A stretch of 64,000 nucleotides of DNA from Lama glama (Eukaryota). The stretch covers positions 43,898,001 through 43,962,000 of the forward strand of contig CM052816.1 in NCBI GenBank assembly GCA_028534125.1, in the 5' to 3' direction. Shown piece after piece: positions 1-11,520 of the stretch. How positions within the stretch are numbered: position 1 is the stretch's first letter; the number at the start of each line of letters is the position of its first letter. The notes under the pieces were generated by a model that did no database searches, had not been told where the DNA came from, and saw only the letters and a list, made by a program, of their open reading frames with translations. The position numbers were made by a program, and so were the translations under genes.

Positions 1-1703
1 TTATCTAAAATGGTAGAATACCTCACTTCAGCAAAGTCTGACATAAATCTTTGAAAACAAAGACATTGCATATGTATGAGCTGAAATAGATATGACAGTG
101 TTGGCACATTAATATTCCTGTCACTAGGGGGTTTCAAACTTTTAAGGAGAGGAGGAGAATGAATTCAGACTGTAGCTGGTAAAATAAGGCAGCATACAGT
201 AGGGCAATTAGGCGTTGCTAACCATAATAAAACACGTACCGAAGGAGGGTTCCCCTGCTCCCCGCCTTTGGTAGAAAATGACTGTAGGATTATCTCTTGG
301 GAATGCCAAGAATAATTAATTTGGCTTAGAGATTTGCATGGTTGTTCTAAGCATACTAATAAGAATGTTCCGTGAAGACCAGCCCCAATCAATAGAAGAG
401 AGAACTGTTTTCTCTTGTGTGGCCACGGTGGTGGTTCATGGGGAACAGATGTTTCCACTTATTCCCCAACAGCCCTCATTAAAAGTAACTGTGAGGCCTA
501 ATTGAATAGTTCTCCACATAGTTGGATCTGTGTAGAAAATAGTTCGACCACTGTATGTTTTACAAAGATTTCTTTTACCGTTTTTGGTTGCTGATATGAA
601 AAGCTCTACCACTGCCTCTCGACTTAACTTCTCTGGGAGAAGTAAATGGATGAAAAATAAACTCCCTTTTCCTCCATCTTACCCTGCGTGGATTACATGG
701 TGGGAAGCCTCCACTTGGAAATGCCAACCGTTTTTAGAAAAGCCTTATAAATCATCAAATCCCAGGAAATCACCACTTCCCAGGGAAGATGACCTAAAAG
801 TTGCATTCAATTTCATTCTGCAGGGCAGTGGGCAAGAGCTATGCAACATGAGGGCTTAATGAAAAATCATCACCAAGTTACAGTTCCGGTGTTTGAAGCT
901 GATGTTGAGATGTTTAGAATTTTTCTTGGGGTAGAACATATGTGTCGCCCTGGTGAGTGGATGTGAGGGGCTTTTTAAAAGGTTTTGTACCACAAGCTTT
1001 CTGGACAGGTTGCTGGGACCCCGGAGGCTTGGTCTGAGCCTTGACAGCAGTCACCAGGTGCAGAATAAAGGCTTCAAAACCTCTCCTTTGACAAAGAGAC
1101 AAGAAATAATATCTGACAAAGGCATGGTGAGCCAACGTGATGGCAAATCAGCAATTATACAGGAGAGCACGTCTCACTTCCGAGTGTCTTTTTCCTTCTT
1201 CTTCATATTTTACTAATAACATCGCGTAGAGGTGCTTAGGTCAGTATTTTTAAAAACAATTTAATATATGACTGTGCTTTGGGTTTGGTTTAACTCCTTT
1301 ATTACGCTAATGCTACTTGTCATTTCATGCACGTGTCAGCATTGTTTTTGAATGGCAAAAAAGGTTGGGAGTAAACCAAGCACAAAGAAAGGATCTTGCA
1401 GCTCACTGTAGGAGACTTTGTTTTAGAAACGAATAAATATTCCACGAAGATGGGTTATATGCCACTTGTAAAATATTACTGTCTCTTAAATGGAGTCATT
1501 AATTGAAGGAAAAAGACTTACAACAAATTAAATAATATTAGTGAAAAAATGGCAGCAAATTGGACCAGATCCAAGTTGTATAGCTTCACTCTTGAATCTC
1601 AGACTCTTTGAATGTATTCTTCTTGATTTTGGGAAATAAGTGAGAGTAAGTCTTTTCAAAAGGAGTTGCAAAATTAAATTTAAATGTGAAAATATTTCTT
1701 TTT

Positions 1704-1709
1704 TTTAAT
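1704..1709 (-). promoter_or_regulatory. Candidate distal poly(A) signal ATTAAA
   Basis: TTTAAT on +. On the minus strand it is preceded by U-rich sequence with UGUA motifs (ttttgtacatgtaaattttt), typical of 3' end processing regions. Confidence 0.4.
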
Positions 1710-1918
1710 CAGTGTACCATGAAAAATTTACATGTACAAAATGAATTTTCATTCCATCTTGTAAATAAATCATCATTAAAAGCATATATGCCAAAATGAA
1801 TTGAAGTCGAAGTTTCAAACAGGATTGATACAAAGAAAAACAAAATAATAATAATTAGATAGGATAGAACATATACTTCACAAATAACTGCAACATATAC
1901 TTTCTCAATCTTTACCAT

Positions 1919-1924
1919 TTTATT
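1919..1924 (-). promoter_or_regulatory. Candidate poly(A) signal AATAAA
   Basis: TTTATT on +. On the minus strand it is followed by GU-rich sequence (gtatatgttgcagttatttgtg). Confidence 0.4.
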
Positions 1925-4900
1925 TCATAATAATCAATTTGTTATGGATCAAAGATATACTATATCTCAAATTAGCAAAATGTTCATAGTATAAAGTTAT
2001 TGACATGAACTGTAAATGAAAGCTACTTGGGCCTTGAAAATGTTCTCTTTCATGTTGATTCATTGCAGAAAACTAATGAATTGCAGCCTCTTCTTCCCCT
2101 GACATATTTGGGATGGTTTACATGACTCTGAAATGGCTTAAATATTTTACCACCCACTATAGAATGTTCTGAAGAGCAGAAGAAAAACATGCATTTATTT
2201 TGCTGGTGGTCATTTTTTTGCCACCTCATTCAGTATCTAGGAATACCAAAGATACACTGTTAAAAGGGAAAGGAAAAGAAAGCTTCATCAAATTATTTAA
2301 ATGCAAGAATATATTTATATGTTCGAAGACGTTTGATAATTAGCAGTCAATCCACCTACCACGTGGTCTGCAGTAGGAAGACGTTGTAAGATCTCTGATA
2401 ACCACGTGTGCTAATTGAGCTACCTGTAAAGTGGCTGTAGATAAGGACGCTGCTAAAATTATGTCTCTGAAAAAGCACTAGAAAGAATGTATTTATTTCC
2501 AAGCCACATTCGCATAAAGAAATTGCTTTATTTGTAACCTCACAATTTCTTTCTCAGGATAATCTCTTTTGTTCTATCGGATCATACAGACTGAAGTTAC
2601 TGTGATATTATATTTTCTGATAACTACGTGAGTCAGAATATCAGTATACCACTGATAAAGCTATCACAGCCCTTTATTTATTATGTATAATGCACCAATT
2701 GTGATTTAGACCCTTGCAAAAGCTAGTGTTTTATTAAAACATTTCAGATATATAAACATACTTGATTATAAAGATAATAGCATACCATATCTTGTTTATT
2801 TGAATTGAACATTTCTCACATTTTAGTACACCATACACATTTCACTGTTTGAACTGAACAAAAATGGCCATGAGTTTGACTCTGTATGGCCATTTGACTC
2901 TATATGGTGTTGATAACGTTTAGTACAGTAATCATTTCATAGGAAATGCAGGAAACAGTGATCTACAAACAAATGCGAATTTGGTGTTATCAGTGAAGAC
3001 TACACCCTAAGACACTGGTAGCATTTAATGCTACATTCTGTGGCACTTCACTATCTTGCAGAATAAGTCTTCCATCTTTTGCTACCATTTTATATGAAAT
3101 AAATAAAAGACCAACTTCTTTTCTTATCCTTGCATTGCTTACTCCTAGAAAAAACAGATACGTTTTGTAAAAGAAGTTGTTATATTAAGATGTATGCCTG
3201 CTTTCCTTCAGAAGACAGATGAGACTGCTTCAGCTGCCACTAAAGTTGTCGCTCTTTGTAACAAAATGTAATGCTGCATATATAAAAATGCAAAGTGTAA
3301 TGTGGAGTCAAATGTCTCTCAGCACAAGAGTTGTTCGTTTTAGCACCCATTTTGTTGGTATTTATCAACTTACTAATTATAGGCAAATTGCTTCCCACAC
3401 GAAAACTGTGATGATTAGCAGTTTTTTCTGCTAACTCCAGTCTACTGTAGTTCCGGTAAAGAATGTCAATAATCCAGATTCCTTTCTTTTTCCTGGCTTA
3501 GAATATGCAAAAATAAATTCATCAGGCTAGCATTTCTAAACTTTTGGGAAACGTGGTTTGGAAGGATGGGGGTGGAAAGAGGAAAAGGGATGGATTAAAT
3601 ATATCAAATCAACAAATTCTCCTCGCTATTTCCCGGCAATTGGACAAACTTGAAGGCTCACTGGAGATGGGTCTAGCACAACATGGAATTAGGTAATCCC
3701 AGTTTAGTAACAGAGTAGCTGCACGTGAGCATTTGCACAGGAAATGCATCAACTGCTAGAACCCCATAAAACATCTATATAACAGGGAAGGAGAAGAGTC
3801 TATTTCACGGACCATCATCGATACCCTGCAAATGGCTGGCGTGTATCGTGTAAACCTCTCAGATAACTATTCAGCAGAGCTAACTGACGTTGCCTGGTCA
3901 GACAGAAAACAGTTTGTAACCTTCAGCCTTCCATCACAGTCCTTTAAAGTGAGCTCAAACGAAAATGGGGGGACCACGCCAATCTAGAAAACATTCTAAC
4001 ATGCAATACAATAAAAGGTTGAGTTGTCTATCACCGTTGCTAATTTCACCCATTTGTTTCTCGTTACAATAAGTAAACAAAGTTAAATGGAAAATCTTAC
4101 AGTTCACAGAGTACATTACACAGCAGAAATGTCTGTAACAAATACTGACTTAGTGTCTCAACCAACTTATGTGCCCCTAAGTGATTATTTCTCCCTGCTA
4201 TGAAGTTTTTACAATTTTAAAGTTATATTGGCAGGTTCCAGTCAACAATGATGTCTGTGATGGCCTTCTTTCTCCCATACGTTGCTTTTAGTCTAATTGC
4301 TTCTTTGCAGTCTCAGCAAGCGGAGAGAAGAATTTTATCCTCTTTGCCTTGCCTCTGAATACTAACTAGCTGGCCCAGCCGAGGCTCTCTAAAGAGAGAA
4401 ACTGCATGAGAGACGCACTGCATTTGACACAGTCAAGAGGTAAAAGAAAGAGCAAAACAAAAGTCTATTCAAGACAGAATCCTCTGATATTCTCCCCCAT
4501 CCCCCACTCCCTTTAAAAATAAAGTGCAAGGGGGGAAACCCCATAAATCCATGTCTGAATGCCTGAGGTTGTCAGAATAAAGGCCAGTGAATGACAGGTG
4601 ACTGTCTGCATCATTCTCAGTCTCCAAGTCATCACTTTTTGGCATTGTTGAACAAAACAAGTGTACACATAACAGAGGACTATGTCATAAGTTCTCTGTG
4701 TACGCACAGACAAGGCCAGTATAGGAGAAGGAACTGAGAATTTCCACCTGGGCACGTGGGTTTCCTTTCAGTTCCTTGTATTTTTGCTGGAAAATGTTCT
4801 CAAACTATTAACTGTTTTCCTAGTGACAACAATGCTAAATAACTTCGGGGAAACTACTGAAGGGTTATGAACCTACTTTCCTCTTACTTCTTCTTCTTCT

Positions 4901-5641
4901 TTTTTTTTAAATGTATTTTAAGAACGGGAGATCTGACTTGATAAATAAACTCCTTGCACATGTTGCTAAATTTTTTAAAAAGGAGCCAGAGCCAACCGAT
5001 GAGAATTTTTCTGTTTGATTTTTAAAAGGCTCCTCTCCAGCTATTTTCCCCCAAGATCTCTTCACACTTTCATCTTCACAGACTGCCTTAATCTTCCTGT
5101 CTTTGTTGTTCCAATATCTGATCAGTTTGTTTTAAAGGCTCATCTACCCCCCATTTGCTGGAACTGAAACTTGACTTCAGACTCTTGCAGTTACAAATCC
5201 CCACAAACGTGCCGGCTTTTCCAGAGAAAGGTGGAAAGTGCTGAAGCAGGAAGGGTTTTGATGATTATTTAAATAATGTGTATTAAGTTGTCTGCTGCAT
5301 GAACTTCAGGTTCAGAAAGATAACAAACGTGAAGTGACGGAGTAATTTGTAATTAAAATAAGCCTGGCCTCGTCTCAGATTACTGGTGTGCTCCAGTCTG
5401 CTGACCATCTGCAGTTGAGGGACAGAGATTTTTTTCTCAGTTCCACTGGGCCGGGGAAAAGGCACAACTGCCCAGAGCCCCAGGCTTCTAGATCTTGCCA
5501 TGATGGGCATGAAGATGGTTCACGGTGGCCAAATGGCTGATGCCAGGCGTAACCGGGCGATGGGCAGGAGGAGTACAGAGACAGTGATCCGGGCCACTCT
5601 CTGCACTCAGAGGGCACCCGTCAGGCAAAGCCCTACTGCAG

Positions 5642-5680
5642 TTACCACCCCTGCAGGTGTTGCTCCACATGTGAAGTCTT
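5642..5680 (-). CDS. Candidate coding part of the terminal exon; frame unresolved
   Basis: Three readings follow the acceptor. Phase 0 gives KTSHVEQHLQGW* (stop 5642-5644). Phase 1 gives xDFTCGATPAGVVTAVGLCLTGAL*. Phase 2 gives RLHMWSNT...HLHAHHGKI* (stop 5488-5490). I recognise none of these peptides. Confidence 0.3.
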   Translation of the reverse strand, partial: KTSHVEQHLQGW

Positions 5681-6289
5681 CTGAGAGTAGAAGAAAGAGG
5701 GAGAAAGTGAGAGTGAAATAAAACAGGAAAAACGGGGGGAAGTTAATTTCCTGGTTAGAACTTTTTTCGTCTGCTCGCTATAAAGGAAGGGAAAAAAATC
5801 TTAAAAGGCTAAACATCACAGAACGCTGTGTATTTTGCTATTAAATACAGGCAATAATTTGTTTTGCCTCTAAAGTTCAGAAGCTGCAAGTATTTGAGAG
5901 GAAGCAGTCACCTCATACAGACTTCAATGCAGTCTGCAAGAAGTTAACTTGTAGAAGATTTAACAAACTGGTAGATGAGAATTTCTCCCTCAGTTGCTGA
6001 ATGCAGAACCTCGTGTTGGGAACTGAAATTCGGTGATGATATTTCAGGAAAGTTTATTACTTTAACATAGCGTAAAATTTATAAGGGAGACGTTTTATCT
6101 TAATAATATAATAAATACTAAGAAACAGAAACAGGTGTGTGACAACTTGGCAACTTAAACTTTGATGACTTTTCTGACTGAGAATGGAAATTCAGATTAG
6201 ATATTCATGCAACTGGATTGAGCCACTCATGTTCTTTCTCCCCTGGGCTCCAGGACTGAAGTTCAAGGGCTTACGTAGCAGTGACTTAT

Positions 6290-6530
6290 ATAGTGCTGAC
6301 TGAGTATAAATTGATACAATTTTTTAAAAAAATATATAAAATTAAAAAAACAAAAAAAAATCAAGCAATTACCCTGTAGGTCAAAAACCTTGAAAATGTG
6401 TATATACTAACAATTCTACTGGTTGGAACGTATCCAAAATAAATAATCAGATAATCCAGGTAATTAAAATGGAATCCACCTAAATGTGAACTGTAAAAGA
6501 TTGATCAAATAAACTCTGCTATAGCCAGAT
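6290..6530 (+). mobile_element. Old L1 (L1M/L1ME-like) 3' fragment
   Basis: Resembles the end of L1 ORF2 (gtataaattgatacaat...caattctactggttggaacgtatccaaaataaataatcag...aaataaactctgctatagcc). Confidence 0.55.
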
Positions 6531-7766
6531 GGCCATCATTGCTTAATTCCAACAATGAGAAATCCTCACGATTGACAATTGTTCTAAGTTAAGGTAAAAT
6601 GGCGCAGTTACTCTTGGTCACCACCCCTTGGGATTGTGCACAGGCATCTGTGATCAGTCTATTCTTCACACTTGATGAGACGCTTCAACACACGTATCTT
6701 CTCAACCACATCAGGGGAATGGCTCCACTGTGTTATGTGTGGCTATTTGCCACCCATGTTCCTCCAGTGGGAATGTTCAGTTTGGTTACCAAGTAAAAAG
6801 TTACTCATTACCCTTAATGGAATTTTAAATACCAATAGTATAGCAAGATACAGAAAGAAGAGAGAAGCTGTGTTTACAGTAAGATGGCCCATAGAAATCA
6901 TCTTTGCTTTATCCATGGCCTTAAGATAAAAAAAAAAATGATTAAAAAAATGAGCTAACATCTGTCAGAAAGAAGCAGAGGTATCAGTAAGGATTTTTCA
7001 GAGAATAATATAAAGCAATCATAATAGTGAAATTAAACTTTTCTTCACATACAAGTTATATATATATATTTTTTATGAATGCTTTTATGTTTAGTCCAAG
7101 TGTTAAAGTGAGAATCAATCAAAGCTAGAAATTCTCACAATTTCCATGAAGTGCTACTCTTGAAGCTTTCAAACGTCTGCCCATTACTGTTTTAAATGCA
7201 TTTATTTAAATCTAGCATTTACTTTCCATTTTCTACCTGTAAATAATGTGTAGGTGATGTCAAAACTTGCTGTTGGAGTGGATGCTATTTTTCTTACAGA
7301 AGAGTTTTGGGGCAGTTGTCAGAAATTTTTGTTAACCTGCCCCAAGCTTTTCCATCTCTCCTTGAGACGACCGGCCCTGTGCTCCCAACCAGGACAGGCG
7401 CCCAACCTGAACACTCTCTGGCCCAACAGTGAAGATTCTAAACAGGTGTTCGTGGCAGGGAGAGCACTCGGAGCCAGTCCTCACTCCATCTAAGTGGATC
7501 AAGTCATTGTATCCTGAGTCCACTTTGCCTCTTCTTGCCTACGCGGTTGTCACCCCTCCTCACCCATCCTACTGCACCTGACCCTACTGCACCTGTTGAA
7601 ACTCTGCTCTTTCCTACATGTCACTCTCTCTGCCCTCCTTTCCTGATTAGCCAAGCCCACTCCCATTTCCCCTTTCTTGAAGCACACTGAGGTTTTTATC
7701 TGTTCTGCTCCCAATATCACGTACGTTATCTTGAATTATAAACTCTCATACTTACGTGCATTACAT

Positions 7767-7910
7767 GTCAGTCATGGTTCTTCTCTGTAAGCAACAGATA
7801 CCTACTCTGGTTAACAAAAGTGACAGGGAACTTGCTGGAAGGATATCAAAGTGGGGGTGGGGCTCACGTAATCAACAGGAAGCTTGTAGATCAGGCTTCA
7901 GACCATGATT
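7767..7910. mobile_element. MaLR LTR fragment (old MLT1 type)
   Basis: tgtcagtcatggttcttctctgtaagcaacagatacctactctgg...ggaaggatatc resembles an old MLT1 terminus. Confidence 0.55.
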
Positions 7911-8628
7911 CAAGAAAGGAGATAATGGTACACTTTACCAAGTTGAATACAGTCAAAATCAGATAAGCAGCACCCATCTAGAAGGCTACCTTGAGAGACT
8001 TATGCTATGTGTCCACCGAAGTACATTAACAGAGACTATATTATATATGCATTAATAGAGAATGTATGTATACTATACATATAGAGCAGTGTACATTAAT
8101 AGAGAATATATAATCCTGCTCTTAGTGCAGTGTCTATTCAAGATATTTGGTAAATTATAATTAATTTTAGTAGCAGTTTATTATCAGAGTTAAGCTTTTC
8201 CACTCCCGTGCAAAGAGGGGTGTACTTTTGTCTTTTTACGTCGGCTCTTTACTGATCATCCAGCTTGTCCAGAAACTCCATAGAGGAAAGCTGAAGCCCT
8301 CTATTTAAATCTCTTCCCTGCGGTAAAATAAGAATCTTTGACACTAGGGTGGTCGAGTGTATATCAACCAAGCTAAATTAAGTGTCAGTAACCACTTTTT
8401 GAAAATTATACATCAAATAAATCCTTTCCAGCTGCTAAGTTGAGAAAAAAATTATAAGATGAGTTAACAACAGCAAAAAATGCAGTCTTCCCCAAATCCA
8501 GAAAATTTGAAGGGAAATAAATGCATTCACCAGACCCATTTTGTGTGAGGAGTGTTTTCAGTGTTCATTTCAGAGATAAGCCATACAAATAAAAGGAAGA
8601 TGATAGGGCCAGGAAACTTCTTTCCTAC

Positions 8629-8730
8629 GAGTGCGCCAGCTGCTGAAGTGCTGCCCAGAGTTGAAAGGTCAGCAGGCATCTGTGGCAGACGTGCTTCGTG
8701 ATGGTAAACACTTGGATGCCAAAAGTGGTT
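8629..8730 (-). CDS. Candidate 102-nt internal exon (phase 0: NHFWHPSVYHHEARLPQMPADLSTLGSTSAAGAL)
   Basis: Acceptor tttgcactctctgtcaacAG and weak donor CTC|GTAGGA. Length is a multiple of 3, two frames are open and GC is locally raised. It could instead be an enhancer (see findings). Confidence 0.3.
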
Positions 8731-9749
8731 CTGTTGACAGAGAGTGCAAAATTGAGGTGAGAAATAGAAATGTGAGGGAGCTTCACTGCTGGGAATCTTA
8801 TTTCATGTTTGAGCACAATTAACCAGCTGATAAACAGGCTTTTGTTTTCCATATGAATGGCCAATGGCATTCATTCGGGACACTATCTTGTCAAATGGAC
8901 AACAATAACAATAAAGTTTATGTGTCTTGGCTCTCTTCTCCTCGAAAACCTGTAGTAACCTCGTGCTTTGGAATCAAGAACCTGAACCGAGCATGCAAAA
9001 TAATTATCTTCCAGAATCCACCTGATGATGAGGCGATGGAAGATTGTCTTGCTTTGAACTGGAAATGGGACTAAAAATCTCTTAATTTCAATGAGTCTTA
9101 ATTTTAGTGGAATTAGAACAGGCTTGCAAGCTCTAGTATTCTCTGTGCCACATGTTCATATATTTAAACTTCAAGAAGAGATACATGATCATATTTCAAA
9201 AGTTATTCTAAATTTTCAAAAGCACATGACACTGTCTTCTTATCTGAACTGTCTTAAAGCCATTTTCTAAGCCCTTGTTACTGACAAAAGGTGAGAACTT
9301 TTCAACATTACTTAGTGTTTTATCACAAACTGTAAATTCTTCATCTTCACTTTCTTCTCCTCAATCATACGTTTTCCAGTGTGCCACGTTCATCTCTTTT
9401 TTTTTTAATTTTTCTAAATAATAAGATCTTCTGTTCCTGTTTTGGCTTAATGAAGATGACATATGGTTTTAGTGCTTTTTTTCTCATGGTGATGATTGAA
9501 GAGCAAAGCCACCTATATCCTCTCGCTTAGTTTCCCTTGAGAAGAATGAACAAAGTGAACTGTGTAGCTTAGTAACCATGAAACACATTTCCTGTATAAT
9601 GTTCACAACTTTGGCAAGGTGAAATTGTCATTGTACTGCAACTTCTGGTAACGTTGGTGGAAGAAAGGAAATTACGTTATTAGCTTTCATGTGTTGACTC
9701 AGACACATCTAGTTCAGTTTAAGAAAGCAAATCTGTAGACTTTCATTTA

Positions 9750-9850
9750 TCCCCCCAATAAATATTTATTGATTACTACTATGTGCTCTTTACTTGAGGA
9801 TAGACTTATGAAAGATGTATGGCTTCAGTCCCCAAGGACTGAGTGACCTG
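9750..9850 (-). mobile_element. L2 3' end fragment
   Basis: caataaatatttattgattactactatgtgct pattern. Confidence 0.5.
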
Positions 9851-10041
9851 GCATGTTGGGTTGTCCTGGTAGTAGTAGTGGTAGACAGTGCTGATGACTG
9901 GTGATGATTTTGGTTTGTTGAGGAAGAATTGTTGAGAAGTAAATATATCACCTGGGATTTGTATATATATATATCCCCTGGAAAATCCACACTAGTTTAA
10001 CCATTTAACCTATTTCATCTCTTACCATAGAATTGCCTAAC

Positions 10042-10690
10042 TTTTTTTTTAATTGATGTATTGTTGATTTACAGTATTGTGTTAGTCTCTGGTGTACAGC
10101 ATAGTGATTCAGTTATACATAAATATATATATTTCTTTTCATATTCTTTTTCATTATAGGCTATTATAAGGTATTGAATAGAGTTCCTTGTGCTATACAC
10201 TAGGACCTTGTTGTTTATCTATTTTATATATAGTAGTTAGTATCTACAAATCCCAAACTCCCAATTTATCCCTCCCCATCCCCACTCCTCCCTGCCGGTA
10301 ACCAAAAGTTTGTTTCTATGTCTGTGAATTATCTCTGTTTTGTAAATAAATTCATTTGTGTCATTTTTTTTGATTCCACATTTAATGATATCATATGGTA
10401 TTTTTCTTTCTATTTCTGGCTTACTTCACTTAGTATGACAATCTCCAGGTCCATCCATCCATGTTACTGCAAATGGCATTATTTCATTATTTTTTATGGC
10501 TGAGTAGTATTCCAATATATACCAAAAACATCCTTATCCAGTCATCTATTAATGGACATTAGGTTGTTTCCATGTCTTGGCCACTATAAATAATGCTGCT
10601 ATGAAAATTGAGGTGCATGTATCTTTTCAAATTAGTTACCTCTAGATATATGCCTAGGAGTGGGATTGCTGTATCACAGGGTAAATCTAT
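10042..10690 (-). mobile_element. 5'-truncated L1, artiodactyl-type 3'UTR plus ORF2 end
   Basis: Poly(T) followed by ttgatttacagtattgtgttagtctctggtgtacagcatagtgattcag...ggtattgaatagagttccttgtgctatac...cttcacttagtatgacaatctccaggtccatcc...gggattgctg, a well-preserved reverse L1 3' end. Confidence 0.93.
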
Positions 10691-11419
10691 TAATTATTGA
10701 TGCCTATCACTCTTAAATCTTATTTATATTTTAATGAGCATCAAGGGTCTCAAAAATTTCAAAGTCCAGGCATCCAATGGTGGGATCAAACTTTAATCAA
10801 ATATAGGAAACTTTTCTCCTTCTCTATCTAGGAAAGTACTTCATGCTCTATAAGAAAAATGCTCATTAGCATAAAGGATATAATTTGCTGGTGGAGATGG
10901 GACATGTTTATATATAAAAAGTATCTAAATAATGACATACGTATGTGCACATGATGCTCCTGCACATTCATATACATATAGGTGTGAATCAATATGGTAC
11001 AGATCACGTATAAAAAGTGACACTTCAATTCTAAATAGTGAGAGTTAGTCATAGAGAGAGGTCATTATTATGTTCAGCATGAAGTACTGAACTTACTTTA
11101 GTAAAAAAGAAAGAAGAAGTTACAAATGTTCTCAATAATGAAAGCAGAAAAAGAAAAGAGAAACAATATCAAGAGCTTAATCTGGTGAACAATTTTAGGA
11201 AATAGAATAGCCACCCAGCACTTTATCTCCAGCCAAAGAATTGGCATACAGCACTGTTTTCTTTAGCTTGAAATCTTTATGATGAAGAATGACTTACTAG
11301 GAATTTTTTTTTCCGATAACAATTACCTTTACAGTATCAATGAGTCGTGACTTCTCTCATTTAGCAGTCCTATAGTTCACCCGTTAACTGCACTGGCTAA
11401 CTACCTATTATGAACCGAG

Positions 11420-11520
11420 AAGTATTTGTTGACTTTTATGTGACTAGCCTTGAGCCAGGTTTCAGAGAGCAGAGCAGAAATGTAAGACATGATCCTTTCC
11501 CACAAGGCTATTCTGAAATT
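11420..11520 (-). mobile_element. L2 3' fragment
   Basis: gtatttgttgactttttatgtgactagcc...taagacatgatcctttcccacaagg. Confidence 0.5.

Larger units (their letters stand above)
1690..5680 (-). other. Probable terminal exon with long 3'UTR of an unidentified minus-strand gene
   Basis: Minus strand reads ctttctccctctttcttctactctcAG|AAGACTTC, a long polypyrimidine tract with AG at 5681-5682. About 400 nt of GC-richer sequence follows, then an AU-rich tract with no recognisable transposon, ending near poly(A) hexamers. The 3' boundary is approximate. Confidence 0.6.

Noticed and set aside
7290..7320. EEFWG peptide resembling a PTGER3 isoform tail
   Set aside because: Five-residue match only. The nearby AG lies in the wrong position, there is no stop after it and no other PTGER3-like sequence.
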